A stretch of DNA of 64,000 nucleotides. Origin: Rotaria socialis. Its lineage: Eukaryota. Below are positions 1 to 14,298 of this stretch, in pieces. Position numbers and translations under genes: made by a program. The stretch covers positions 186,001-250,000 of the forward strand of contig CAJNYD010000058.1 of the NCBI GenBank assembly GCA_905331295.1. The letters are read 5' to 3'. A model generated the notes under the pieces. The model saw only the letters and a program-made list of their open reading frames with translations, searched no databases and was not told where the DNA came from. Within the stretch, counting starts at the first letter, position 1; each line of letters begins with the position of its first letter.

Positions 1-662
1 GTAAAGCATCAGCTAATTTGTCATCTACGAATCAATTTCGTGCATTAGGTACGCATCCTTCACCAACCGCTCGTACTCGTATGCAATCACAAAATCTTCA
101 AATAACCATTATGCTTATAACGATATCAATATCATTTTTTGTTTTAACATTACCAAATGTTATTTACTATTTGCTCATATTTTTACGTGTCTTAATTGAA
201 AGTTGGAAAGCTGTTAAATGTGACGTTAATGTTTATCATAATCTTGATGTATACGTACGAACATCAGCTATTATGTATCTTATATCAAATATTACATCAG
301 ATTTAATGCATGTGGTCAATTTTTTCCTATATTTTATTAGTGGTGCAAGATTTCGTACTGAATTTCGTCGTTTAATATTTTATCAGTTATGCCGATGGTG
401 TTCTAAAGGAAAAGATTCAACTAATGGAAAAGATATAACGCGTAATGAACGTTCATTTGTAGGAACGAGTGGCGTAGCGACCGTACGAACACTGGCATCA
501 TTGCCAGGAGGTGGAGTTAAACAACAAAGTACGTCAAATACCAATTGTGCAACGACAATTAAAGATAAGCAGAACCCAAAACATGATGTAGCACATCTAT
601 CTTTAACTTCGAATGTTGCGCTCGACGGTAGCGTATCAAGTGTACTTGAAGGAAAAACTTGA
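1..662 (+). CDS. Rhodopsin-family (class A) peptide GPCR, C-terminal part (TM6, TM7, tail); 5' end lies outside the window
   Basis: ITIMLITISISFFVLTLPNVIYYLL (TM6-like with xLP), VVNFFLYFISGARFRTEF (NPxxY variant NFxLY plus helix 8, typical of invertebrate FMRFamide-like receptors), Ser/Thr-rich tail, stop TGA 660-662. Confidence 0.85.
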   Translation, partial: KASANLSSTNQFRALGTHPSPTARTRMQSQNLQITIMLITISISFFVLTLPNVIYYLLIFLRVLIESWKAVKCDVNVYHNLDVYVRTSAIMYLISNITSDLMHVVNFFLYFISGARFRTEFRRLIFYQLCRWCSKGKDSTNGKDITRNERSFVGTSGVATVRTLASLPGGGVKQQSTSNTNCATTIKDKQNPKHDVAHLSLTSNVALDGSVSSVLEGKT

Positions 663-2250
663 TGCAATCACAATGTTGCTATAGTCATAATTAATAGTGG
701 GGGCCAAAATGACAGAAAATAAAAGCAATAGTCAGTTTGCACAAGAAAAAAAAACTTTATATTTCAGTTTATTTTTCTTAATATCTCTTATTTTATTTTG
801 TGGTCTTCCTTATTTAATGTACACATTGTCGCATGTATCATTGAACAAAGAACTCAAATATAAGACTGCTCTATCAGTCTTGCATTTGAAAAAAACTAAA
901 GTAAATATATAAAATATATATGTATGGTGCATCATCTGAAATGAAAAGATAAGAGATATGTATAATAGATAAAAATCTGTGACAACTGTCGACAGTATAA
1001 AAACGTATTATTTGATCAAAGGTTCGTTATATTTTGTCAATTGAGGAAATTTTTATTCTATAAATATTTACAAAAAATAAAGTTTACATTTGAATTAGTT
1101 CATTATCATTGGGTCTTATAGTCACAAATGACTATCATTTTTCTGATTAAGATAAATTGAAATTTTCATAAAATATATATTTAGAAAAAAAAAGTTTTTC
1201 TTTTTCATATATAGTATAGATATTAAAATTTACTATTTTATTCTGTGTTAATTGAAATAAATATTCTATAAATAGGTTTGATATGTATTCTGCATTTAGT
1301 CAACAGAAAACAGGTGTCACTGTTTTTCTTCGTTCAATTGCTTCATGTTTTCTGTTACACATTAGAAATTCCATTTATTTCTGTAAAATTTCATGAATAT
1401 TTTATCGGCATTTTATTACCTTTAACGAACAAATAAATTGTTGATAATGATTCAAACATAATTTATTTATAACGTAAGCAAGGTCATTTATTATAAAAAA
1501 ATCTTTCATTGATTGAATATAGGAAATAGATTAATTATGCTTCCGATGAATAACCTTGACAGATCATATTTCATTCGAATAATTAATTGTTCCAAATGTT
1601 GATTTTATGATTATTGAAGCATTTATTGTCTCCGTAGTATTTTTAGAACAGTCATGCGATAAAAGTACCAAATCACAAAAAAATGAAACGGCTATATGTC
1701 TCTTTAAAATGAGCAAAATTAATTACTCTCTTTGAAATAATACGTATTTTTTTACTCAAGCGCAAAATTTAAATAATCATTAAATGTCAATGATTAATAC
1801 ATGATAAGAATCTTGAATTATATCAAAGAGAGTACTAATTTTAATAAAAACTATTAAATTTCATGTCGACAGTTTTACTATTTTACACTCTTCTTCAAGT
1901 TTTCTTTTTTTTTTCTGCGTAACCAAATATTATGTTGACCTTGTGAATAACGAAAACGTTTGAGTATTTTCATGAAAACAATTTTGTAGAAAATTGTATG
2001 CAGAATATCATATAGATACATTAATAAAAAAAATTTTCTACTTAAATATTGTTTTTTTTTTATCATTAAGTGGATAATAAACTTTTAAACAGTATAAAAG
2101 TTTTTTTGCGGATTCTGACGATAATTTATCGACAATCATCGATAAATCTATGCATATATGTGTGTGTACCTTTAGCCGTCATCGCATTCTTTTAAAGCAA
2201 ACATTTACGTCGTCGGATTCTTTCACAAACGCACACTACAACTCGTAAAT

Positions 2251-2676
2251 ATGCCAAGGAAGGTTGGAAATATTCTTCTTAATGTTGAAGGACGATATTT
2301 CCAAGTCGATCGACACTTACTTGCATCCCAGAGCATTTACTTTCGTGTTCTTTTTCGTAGTAAATCAAAACGAGATAAACACGGCGCAATACTGATACCT
2401 GGAAATGCAGACCGATTCGGTTTAATAATTGATTATTTGACTGGAGAATATCAATTAACAAATGGTCAACTTGAATCCATAATTGCTGATGGTGCAACAC
2501 TCTATAATATACCATCACTTGTTTATCTTTCTCAATTTAAAACTAAATATGAAGCACGAGACAAACAACGTGTTCAAGAAGTTCAACGAACTATGCAAAA
2601 AATGGATAAATTAAATAGAGAACTGACGAATTTAGAAGCATATATTGATCATATCCGACGAGAACAAAACTATTAA
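2251..2676 (+). CDS. Single-exon BTB/POZ (KCTD/T1-type) protein with C-terminal coiled coil
   Basis: ILLNVEGRYFQVDRHLLASQSIYFRVLF...DRFGLIIDYL matches the T1-BTB pattern; heptad-like tail EVQRTMQKMDKLNRELTNLEAYI. Confidence 0.8.
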   Translation: MPRKVGNILLNVEGRYFQVDRHLLASQSIYFRVLFRSKSKRDKHGAILIPGNADRFGLIIDYLTGEYQLTNGQLESIIADGATLYNIPSLVYLSQFKTKYEARDKQRVQEVQRTMQKMDKLNRELTNLEAYIDHIRREQNY

Positions 2677-3204
2677 TTAATCCTACTAACGAATTTTAAT
2701 ATTAAATTTATTAAAATAACTGTTTTTTTTTGTCCAATGGATTTTCTTTCTGTATAATAAAATATGAACGGTCTGAATCTATAATTTAAAACTTTTACTA
2801 TGAAGACTATTTAAAAACAATAAGTAAATCAAACCATTCGATATGGTGGGTAGTGACATCTATAAAAATATGAATTTGTTTTTAAAATAATCATAGTTTT
2901 TTTCCTAATAACACTAATGCCAATCTAGAACAATAATTCATTCTAATCTATAGAGCTATTTCAATTTTCAATATTGTGGCTGTTCACAAGGAATCGAAAA
3001 TTTAAAACATAAAAAATGGATGTCAAGTGGTTGCCGTAGTAGTAATAGTAGTAGTGTATCTATCCTACAAAACATTCACTTGATTGTTTGCATGAAAATT
3101 TGACAATTCATTGTTATTTATATAGAATTATAGATATAAATATAGACATAAACAATTATTTATTCGTAGACAAATCTATTCATCTATTTCAAAAGATAAA
3201 TACG

Positions 3205-6200
3205 ATGGTCAAAGGTGCCAAACCTACATCATCAGCTGCCCCTGCTAAAACAGCTGCATCTGCTACAGTAGGCAAAGGAGGCAAACCTCGACAGCAAGAT
3301 GAAAAAGCAATTGATGAAACTGTGAGTCATCATTTTTGATAATCCCATTTGAAACTAAGAGAAACACTAGAAAAAATGTTAGTTTTATTTTCATTTATTA
3401 AAAATGAATAAACGAAAAAGTTTTGCTAGTGGTATCTCTATTAAAGTTGGTCCCGATGCACCATCAGAACCCACAAACTCTGTATATATATATACTTTTC
3501 TTGTTTCGTTTTTTCTTTCTAAAACTATTAATTATTAAAATTTCTTATGTGTATAGTTCGAGCCATTGAAACTTGATATCAAAGGTGCTCAAACAGCTGT
3601 TGTATGTTTACGAAGTGCAGAAGATAGTGTTTTAATCCGAGCATGTGATGCTTTATTTAAATATGCTGAAAAGAGTGATGCAAATAAATTAATGTTACAT
3701 GAGATGGGCGCAACTGATACGTTATTTACATTAACTCATCATGAAAATCAAACTGTACAACGAAATGCAACAATGGTCTTTGGATTACTATCTGCTCATC
3801 GTAAGGTTTTTCTTTGATAAAAAAAGAAAGAAAAATTGATCCAGTATTTATTTTCTTTAGCGGATATCCGACGACATCTTCGTAAAATCGATTGTATTCC
3901 ACATATGATTTCACTTTTAACACCTGAAAGTAAGCTTTAATTTACTTTTTACTTTTAACTATCTACTAAATTGAAATATAGATGAACCATTAACAAATGA
4001 ATTTGCTGTTTATTGGCTTCGTTATATGTGTAGTGATTATTCAACGAAATCTCAAGTACTTTCATTAAATGTTCTTCAACCATTAATAAGATTAATTAGT
4101 GAAGCGGATCCCGATATTAAATTTAATTCTCTATCAACAATCGATCATATACTTGATGATTTTCATGCACGAAGTCTTGTTCGAGAATTAAATGGTATTG
4201 AACCAATATTAAATAATCTTAAATCAGAATTTCCGCAAATAACCGAAACTGTTTGTAATTGTTTACAAAAATTAGCAACTGATCCATTTAATCGTGCAGT
4301 TATCAGAGATATTGGTGGACTAGATAAAATGATCGATTTCATTGGTTTAGATGAAACAAAAGATGTTCATGTTCATTGCTTGAATGCTTTAGCAAATCTT
4401 TTAGAAGATACCGAATGCCTTGATGTTCGTTTGCATGAATTTTAATTAAGCAATTTTCTCTATCGTATTCGTTTTTCATAATTTTAGCTTATTCAATCAA
4501 ATGGTGGACTTAAACGATTGATGCAATTCGTACAAGACAGTGTTGTACCAGCTGTACAAGCAGCTGCAGCTAAAGCTATTGGACGTGCTGCTCGAAAACG
4601 TAATAAAATACATAATTGAAACCTGAATTTTTGAGAAGACAAAAAAACTATCCAATACTATCTTTAGGATTAAATACTGGACCAGAACGTAGGTTGAGAT
4701 ATAGACTAAATAAACAAAATGCTAAACCCCAAAAATTAAGAATACACAAGATTGAGAAAAACAAAGCAAAACACACTTTTCTTTTGTTTATTTCACAAGC
4801 ACTTGATTGAATTTTGTTTTCTATTTGTGCAGAATTTAAAAAAACCTCAAAATTCTTCCTTGTATTTTCAGCGCAAAATCGAAAAATTTTTGCAGAACAA
4901 GATGCTGAACGTGCTATGGTATTTCTTTTACTTAGTGAAAATGATGATGTACGCATAGCAGCATGTCAAGCATTGGCGGTCATGGCTGAAAGCATGCTAA
5001 GCCGTGAAACTATTCGAAATAACGGTTTGTTCATTTACTTTTTTCATTTCGTTTTATTTTTCGTTAATTGTTATGCGTGAATATATAGATGGTATTTTAA
5101 CACTTGTACAAATGATGCAAAAAGAAAATCCACGTTTACGCGAATTTTCTACATTGGCTATGTCGAATTTAACACAAAGTAATCCAAATAATATTAGGTA
5201 TGTTATTCAAGACGAAGATTGAATGACAGCTTCTTAAGGTGGAAAGAAAACGAATTGTGCTGACAAAATATTGTATTGTAATGAAATCATATGTTTTTGA
5301 TCAAAAGTTTGATGGCATTCTCTATAATATATTCTGCCCTATGATTCATCTGTCGGATTGTTACGGCTAAAAAATGTTTGCGATGCCATTTATAGTTCAG
5401 ACGATACAATCGATATTGAATCGAATCTATTGATTGTGTCTCACTTTGAAAATTTAATTAATAGGTTTCGAATGATTTTTTCCTTGAAACTGTTGTCAAT
5501 TATTTGTATGGCAAAGGTTTTTTTTTCATAAGCATACGCAGTTTTTATTTCAACAAAAGAATGTTTCAGGCAAAATCTTTCATCCGTATAATATTGGAAA
5601 AAAAACAATATTAAACATTTGTGTCAAGGGTTTAATCATTCAATATTTAATGTTCATTTTTCTAAGAAATTCATCAATGATACACAATTATATTCTATGA
5701 AAAATAGATCTAGTATTTTGTTCGCGTGATAGTCAGTTGTAGTATAGAATGCGTAGATATATATATTTATGTAACTATTTGATTATAATCATAGGGAATT
5801 ACAAGATCAAGCAGGTCTTGACGTATTAATTGGTTTATTGAACGATGAAAAAGATACAACAAAAGCATATGCATGCGTCACATTGGCAAATTGTTCAACT
5901 GATCAAGTTGTGCGCACCAATATATTGGAGAAAGGTCTTATCAAAAATCTTCTTGCACCATTACAAGCAAGGTATGGAATCGAATGTTGATTTGTGACTC
6001 TGCAAAAAATTGAAGAACAGGATTGATTAGAATCGACATCAAGAAAGTGGAAATCGATAGATCTTGAATAAAATAGTCGAAGTAGAAAATTCGATAGACT
6101 TTTCTAATGACTTTTGGCTATATTGTGCCGGAAAAATCTGAGAACTTGCCGATCTAAAAAATTTGGTTCAAGTGCCATCGGTTTCCGGTGATTTTCTATC

Positions 6201-9003
6201 GAAATCAGCCCTGTAGTTTTTTTTTAAGCGAAGATTTGTTTTGCTTGTAAACATAAAATTTATTTTAGTTATGAATTAGCACAAGCAAAGGGTGCTATGG
6301 TTTTATCAGCTTTTAGTATCGATCAAAAAGCTCGCGAAGATGTAAGTTCTTTTGAAAACAATTTCAGCATCTACTTTATTCTCTATTTATTTATTAGATA
6401 TTAAAAAATCAAGCTATTATTCCCCATCTTGTTAGCTTATTAAAATCAAATCATGATGAAGTTCGTCGTAATACCTGTTTTGCTATCACTGTTCTTTGTG
6501 TAGAACAAACTATAGCTATTGAAATTCTTCGTAATGGGTATTAAGATGCTTATTATTTTTTCGTTTTGTTTTGTTTTACTAATTAAAGGTTGATCTTTTA
6601 GAGCACTCGAAATAATACGTGATTTAAATACATCTGAATCACGTAAGAGTAAATTTACGGAAATGGCCTTACAAAAGATTCTTGATAGTCATTTATCAGC
6701 AAAATATTCTTATCTGGGACAATTAGGTTCGATTGATGGATTGTTGAAATAAAATCAAAAATTTCGACTTTTTTTTCTTTTTCAAGAGAATAATAATATT
6801 ACAACCGATGGATTCTATGATATGGGACCAGTTCGAGAAGGAGGAAAATTTTTAACTATTGAAGAACTTGCAGCCGAAGAAGTAAATGATCGTCGACCAA
6901 TTTTACTTGTATATGCACCTGAAAAAAAGTAAGGAAATACATTTTTTTCTTGTCTCGATTGACATTATTTACATAAAAACAAAAAAACACACTGTACCGC
7001 ATCCCAAAAATTTTGTTTTGCACACGATCAATGTTGTATCACTTATAGAACTAAAATCGTTATTGTTACACCTACAGAAACTGGATCGTAAGTATTGTTC
7101 ATTTAGAGAAACTATTTATTTGTATATGGCATGTCTCTTTTCTCAATCTTTTTCTCTTAAACATTTTATTCACACATGTTTTTACATCACTGTTAATATG
7201 TGTGAGTTTGTGTGTTTGTTTTTTGTTCAGTGTCACTTCATGGTCTGCTACTACAGGAGGATCTTATGGCGATGATATCTATCGAGTGCCATCTTCTTCT
7301 GATGATATTCTTTCTACATCAGCAACGCCGGTGTAGGTTTTGTTTTCTTCTCATTTGGATTCTTCGTCTTGTTTTATGAACAATCTTTTATCATCGAATA
7401 ATTCATTTTAATATAGGAAAGGTTCGGAAAGCAAAGAAAAACTAAGTACTGGAGTAAGCGGACGTAATGCAAAAACACCGAAATCATCGAGTAAAGAGAA
7501 AGAAGGGAAAACGTAAGTTCCACTTTTTTTTATCGCTTAACGATGTAGTCCGACAAGTTTTATCTAATATGCAGCTCAGTAGATCAATCCAGGTAGGAAA
7601 TTGGATTTAGAATTGAAAATTAATATGCTTTAATAACGTACTTATGCATAGCTTTTGTTTTCTCTGCACTCCTTCATTTGCGTTTTGTGTTTTTTGCTTG
7701 TTGATTTTAATTTAATTTCGTATAAATTTGATATCTTGATTTTAGTCGCGCAAAGAAAGATAAAACAAGTGATAAACGAGATTCATCTGAAGACAAAAAG
7801 CATGGTGAACGAGAATCATCAGAAACAACTGCTGATTTGGTAGATCGTTTGATTTTCTTTTTCTTTTTTTTGGAAATTTTGTTTGTTTTTGCTATATAGA
7901 AATCAGGTTACAAACAAACGATTGATCAAGATTTTCAAATGTATCTTGATGAAATTCATCCTCAAATTTTGAGAGTACCATTGTCAGAACAAATATCGAC
8001 TTTAGCAAGGTAAAGTGTAATTCAGTTTTCTACAATATTATAATTTTATTTTTTCAACAAATAGATTTGTCAGTGAGAAAATGGGTGGTACAATATCACC
8101 GGATGATGTAGCGACGTTTGGATACGAAGTTGCAATGAATCAATTGAAAGCTGAACTTCATTCAAATGTTGTACCGATTGGTCGAGTACGAAAAGGTATT
8201 CATGCTCAACGAGCATTTCTATTCAAAGTAAATACATACAAAAAAAGCCCGTAGAAAATAGTTTTAAAAAAGCAAAATTTTATAGTCGTTAGCTGATCGA
8301 ATTGGAATACCATGTACATTAACACGTGGCAATTATAATCGTGCTTGGAATGAAGTTGTTGTTGGCGAATCGTCTGGGGTATGCTATCTGCTTAAAGATC
8401 ATAATTATGTTCATTGATTTTTTAACATACCTTTGATATAGTATGATGAGAAGTTTAGTTTATCTGTAAATTCAAATAATTTCGTTTTAATTTTTTATTT
8501 ACAAAACAAATTCTTTTCAATTTAGATAGAAGATTTTCGATTACATAAGCTTCAAAAAGATTCTAATCAAATATCGATTGATTACCAAAATTCAATTGAT
8601 AAGTCGACAAAATATAATCCCTTCGATGACGAATCTATTGAACACATTCGTGAATCGTTAAGAAAATTAGAACAAACATATTTGAAAACTAATAACAAAC
8701 AGATTTTAGTTAGTGATGGAGGAAAATTTACTATTATTGAAATTATTATTTATTCTATAGATAGAAAAACAAATACTAAATGAGAAACCTATAGTATTTG
8801 TATGCCAATTGCATGTTTATTTGAATTTTGCTCATTAGTTTTGTTTGTAATAATTTCATACAGCTTATATATTAAAGATTATTTTTGTATTTTAGGGTGT
8901 TCGATATCCAGCTAAAACATGGATTGTCGATTTACTTCATGAACCAGGTCGACTAATTCTTGCCAATTCGTCTGATGCTCGCTCTTATACAATACTCAAT
9001 TAA
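3205..9003 (+). CDS. ARMC3: Armadillo repeat-containing protein 3 (ARM repeats plus C-terminal EDR1-like domain), multi-exon
   Basis: ATG 3205 (MVKGAKP); FEPLKLDIKGAQTAVVCLRSAEDSVLIRACDALFKYAEK resembles the ARMC3 N-terminus; many ARM-repeat exons; C-terminal VPIGRVRKGIHAQRAFLFK/SLADRIGIPCTLTRGNYNRAWNEV and WIVDLLHEPGRL; stop TAA 9001-9003. Some internal exon boundaries uncertain. Confidence 0.9.
6018..6213. mobile_element. Degenerate MITE-like element in an ARMC3 intron (CAGG termini, hAT-like)
   Basis: Left caggattgatt...ggaaatcgat vs reverse complement of right end cagggctgatt...ggaaaccgat; imperfect TIRs, no clean TSD. Confidence 0.4.
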
Positions 9004-11355
9004 AACAAAAATGACTCACAAGATTTAAAATACATCCGGTGGATATCATATTTTGAATCTACCACATTTTTTCTTTCTTTCTTTCTTTCTTGCTCATGAC
9101 TAATTTGTTCAATTTTTGATTTGTACGACTTTCGGAAAAAATACAGTGATTTTTACATGCGCACAACCAAACGCGTCATGCTATTGAAAAGAACCCTACA
9201 TATATTTATTTAAACGAGTTTTATTTTAACTTATATTATTGTTTGTAAGCTGTTTTATTTCTCTATCTTTATTGTTATGATATTATTGTTTTAGGACAAA
9301 TGAAATCTAATATGATTATCTTGAATATCGAGTTAGTCAATGTCAAGAATTCATTCGTCACTTTATTATCCTTTTGAAATATAGAAACATATATTTTAAC
9401 GATTCAATTTTATAAAACAAGTGGAAAAATTAATTTAATTCTTTATCTTCTTAAAAATTTAATTGAAATCTTCAAACGAATCTTTGCAATTATTCAATCT
9501 ATCCAATACAAATTAAAATACTAACAACTATTTCACATCAACGTAGATTCGGTGTCTTTTTTTTTTTTGAGAAACAATAATTGATAATAACATAATGAAA
9601 TTCTATTTTCTGATTGAAAATTTGAAATAGTAGACAATGTTTGTTTTCATATTTTATTTTTATCGCTAATTCGAACGAATAAATCCCCATTTGAATATGA
9701 TCACAGACATTCATTATGTTTTCTTTTTTTTAATATATTCATTCTCTTAATCTATCCTATGCTTGTGGTAGCAGCTTGTGTTAAGCACCTATTTATTTTT
9801 TGTTTTCTTTTCCATATAATAAAACTGCTGTAAGAATTATCATTTGCTATACGCTCTATTTTGTGATAAAAGAAGCACCATGAAAATTTAATTTAACTAC
9901 TCTAATATTTTATTTCTCTGTGGATTTGATACCAGCTCGTCAATCGCTCAATTTCCAATTGAATCATCAATCAAAGCAAACATCTAATTCATCAAGTCAT
10001 TATCAGGCAAATTTTCCAAATCTACGAGCCTTTAATAGATACCAACGTGAAGTTATTATTGTCTCTAGTAAGAATTATATAAGTAATTCACCAGCATGAA
10101 ATCTTTTCAATCGGTCAAAACAAGTAATTCGTAATAATACGTTTCCTTATTATCACGTTATTCATACTATGAATGAATAAGAAAAGTAACCAGATTGATC
10201 ATAAAAATCAATTCCGAAACAATCCATATCAACAAGAACAACGACGACACCGATTTCTCAATAAGCATGGGACTCTCCATCTAATTCATGGTCCCAACAA
10301 TAACAACACATATTCACGTATGATTCGTCCAAGGTTACAGTGTCTACTCTTTTCACTGCTAAAAAACATTCAACAACTGTTAACTCATTGGGGCATCATG
10401 GTCTTTCTCAAGTTTCACCGTTAGAATCGATTGCTGTTAATACAAAACGTAATAATTGATCGATTATGAAAAATAAGATTCAGCCATTTCAACGGCGATC
10501 AATGATTAAGAAAAAATGCGCAAAATTACAAAACACAAATTCTATCGACTTTTTACAACGGAAGCAATCGAAAATAATCGTTATCAATATCGAAAATGCT
10601 TCTTGGACAATTTCTATCATCAAAAACGATTCAGAGCATTTTATCAAAATCAAAATGAAAAAAATCCTAAATATATTCATTCCAATATTAACTCACCTTT
10701 GAAACAAGGACACAAACACTAATAATACTTGATCAAAAATATTTCAGTCTCGGGTTTTCATACGCAAAAGAATTTTGAATCAGGGACATGCCAATTGGTA
10801 TAAACATGAAAACAAATTTTCTTCGCACACATTCTTAGTTGTAGTCTATTTCTTTATAAATATTCTTTTTTTAAATTATCTGAAAAATAAACTGTGTGGT
10901 TGTGAAAGCACTTTAAATCGAATATTTATTTTAAACGAGAAAATGAATAAAATTTGCACTATATTCATCTTAGTTTTCTTTTTTCATTAAGATATTATTT
11001 CAACATCTTCAATATTCAAATGTACAAGTCGAATTTTTTCACTGTTTATTTTTATCGACTTAAAACAACAATCTATTGAAAACCCAAATAAAGCCACGTT
11101 TTTTTGTTTATTATACAATGTACCTTGAAACATCACAGTAAAAACAACAGATAACGACCAAAAACAAAACAAATTGCTTAAGTTATTTTTGAAAAAAGTT
11201 CAACTGCTGAATATACACTTAGATACAAAAATAGGAATTCAACTCAGACTTAAACTATATTAAGTATCTTGTGATTGAAATGGTTGACTACTAGTTGATC
11301 GGAGATGTTCGCTTGATGAAAATCGTAAGAGTTCGAATTTACAATGATAGATAAT

Positions 11356-11957
11356 CTAATATTTTCTTTGACGTTTTGAATAGAACATTTCGTTATTGAT
11401 ATTCATCTGTTGTCCATCATCAATTAAAAGTTGATCGACATGTACTCTTAATTGATGATTATGATGACGTAGTTCATTTAATTCAATAGAACGTGCTTTT
11501 AAATCAAGTCGGCATTGATCATAATCATGTTTCAATAATGCCAGATTATTACCTATTGCTTCATGTTGAGCATGTAAATGTGCATACTCATGTTCACGCA
11601 TATTTAATCTATTTTCAATTAATTGCCGTTTTTTTCGTTCTAGCAATAATTCACGAATTAACGTTTGAACAATAGGTGGATGTTTTTCAGCATCATGAAT
11701 AATTTCATTAATCGTCGTAGCCAGAACAGGTGGATGAAAATAAGAATATTGTCTATTTGGTTGAACTAAATAAAAACTGAAATTTTTTCATTATGATTTA
11801 CAGAATAATACTCACTAGAATTATGATGACATTCGTGAAAATCAGCTTGTTTATCATAACCTGTTGATCGATGATTATTTCGATCTTGCTGTGAGTCTCG
11901 ATTATGTACAAGTGAGCGCGATTGATGTCGTCGACGTTTATGATGACAATGAGACAT
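11356..11957 (-). CDS. Uncharacterised two-exon protein with His/Arg-rich N-terminus and coiled coil
   Basis: ORF 11766-11957 joins ORF 11356-11646 through a ~52 nt GTGAGT...TTTAG intron, giving ...HHNSIQPNRQYSYFHPPVLATTINEIIHDAEKHPPIVQTLIRELLLERKKRQLIE...; heptads LALLKHDYDQCRLDLKARSIELNELR. Confidence 0.65.
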
Positions 11958-14298
11958 TATCTAGAAGTACGAAAATTAATTATATCTCTTCCTTTAATAT
12001 ATTCATATTGCCCATAATTCTTTTTCTCATTTGTTGAGAATCTATCGTATCGTATTTATATATTTATATATATATATATATACCAGCTTTAAATTTTATA
12101 TAGGATCTCGAAGTAGAATTGCAACAGCTCCGGATCTGGTGCTATTAAGAAAATTTTTTTTTAAATCAGTTTCGTCTGTAAATAGATAGGAGATTGATGT
12201 GTCTTTTTTTTCTAAAACAAATTCTTATATTTTGACAACTTCAATGGTTATAGATTAACTAACGAACACAATTTTACTGCTGTTTACCTTCAAAAGCTTT
12301 AAGAAAAATTGGCTACAACTTTGAAATGTTGATATCAACATATAGCATATAAAAAGTGGCTGCAATTATTCAAAGACTTGTTGTATTGTCGACGATACTT
12401 AAATACTCTTGAACATAAATAGAAATGTTACTGTTAAGCAACTGATAGATTTTCTTCTAGTTGATATTTGTATATTAGTTCTTTCTATGTTGTTATCTTG
12501 AATGTGTTATGGTATAGAATGCAAATTGTTTCATGAAAGTAGTTATTTATTTAATTCTTTTAGAATATAAACTTCCTTTTCTTTTGCAAGAGTATGATAT
12601 CTTTTTACACTGAAAAAACTTTTTGAAGTTTTTCTTAGTTTTAATTGCACTCAAAAAAAAAACTTATTTTCCCACTGTTTGGAATCTAGCGTTGAGGTCA
12701 ACGCGTCTTTTTTTCTACGTGATACAATTACTCATACACATGATTTCATTGATTTATTGATTTAAGATAAGTATAATATAATTTGGTAGGCAAGATTAAG
12801 ATAGCCAGTGAGAGTAGATTAAGCATACAAAGCAAAAACAAACACAAGAACTCTTGCATAACAATATTTTATTCAATCTACTACCTAATTGGAAACATTT
12901 GTATTATTAATCTGAATTGAAAATGTAATTTCTTCTTATTCTTCTTGTAAAATATTCTTCAGAACGAAGTTTGATAGAAAGAAAAAAAATTTTCACATAT
13001 TTTTTTATGCTCTATTGTTTGTATCGTTGGTAAACAGAATTATTTTTTCATGTTATATGTACTCTTTTGTTTAAGTTCTCTTCGCTTTAATTATCGTTTG
13101 CTGTCGAAAACATGGCATCTATTGGGAAATGTAAGGTTTCATGTGAATACAACAATCGTTATTATTTTCATCATTTCAACGCAAAGAATCATAAAAACGA
13201 ACAAATCACTAGTGAACTATATTTGGACGCATCATTTTAGTAATAAATGTTAAATTTGTAACATTGAAATAAAAAAAAACGTGATCTAGTCAAAATAGTT
13301 GATATCAGCAATTAAATAAATTCTCTATTCTCAACCAAATCACAAGAAGTAAATGCTCTTAAAATTATAAAGGATATTCGCCAACTCTTTCTAGATTGGT
13401 AGTAATAGCAATATCAAAAATATCCGTTGATTATTTGATACACATAAAATCCACTTTTAAAAGTCACTCTATAGAAAATCATAAATCCTGAGTTATAGTA
13501 AAATGTATTCCAAGGATAGGGAAGAGTTCTCATTGCAAAGACACTTGGCACAACAAAAACAATTTCGACTAAGCAAAAACCAAACCGGTGTATATTATAT
13601 TCTTAATAGAATTACAACTAGAGATTAATTATTTCCAAGGAAGTACCAATATACAATTTTGAAGAGAGAACATAGAAAAAAAACATCAAATTATAGGGTG
13701 TGATGCGATACCTAACAAAATACCGACACATACTTGACACAGAAGAAAGAAATCAGATCCATGCGTATGTTTTGGTACTAGTAACGAATATTTTTATGAC
13801 ATTTTAAAGAAGTTTTCTTCCAAGTTTTAAGTTAGATAGTTTTTGGGGTGCAGACAGTTAATAGTCTAAATTGAATATTTTATTAGCTGCTAGCAGGGCT
13901 AGCATTGTATTTTAAACCTTAATTTTATTTAGACATCTTAACGTCAATTACCCGAGTATCTGAATTAACTAGATCTAAATTCAAAAATACAACTGTGACT
14001 AGATCACAAAAATGCATACAACAATAAACTCACAGACATAACTTTTATTTTTGTAAATAGTTGTTATCAATTTTACTCAGAAAATAATGGTAACGATTCT
14101 CGAACTCCAATATTTTCATTCGAAAATTAATATAGTAGAAATAAATTATAATCAAGTGAATACTTAAGCTACGTTAAGTTATGTCCGATAGAAGGAAAAG
14201 ATTCGTGTCTAATAGAAAAAACTTAGCCATGCTTGTCCAATAATCGAACTTATGTAGATGTCTCTGAATATTATTCATAATCAAACATGCCACTGGTG

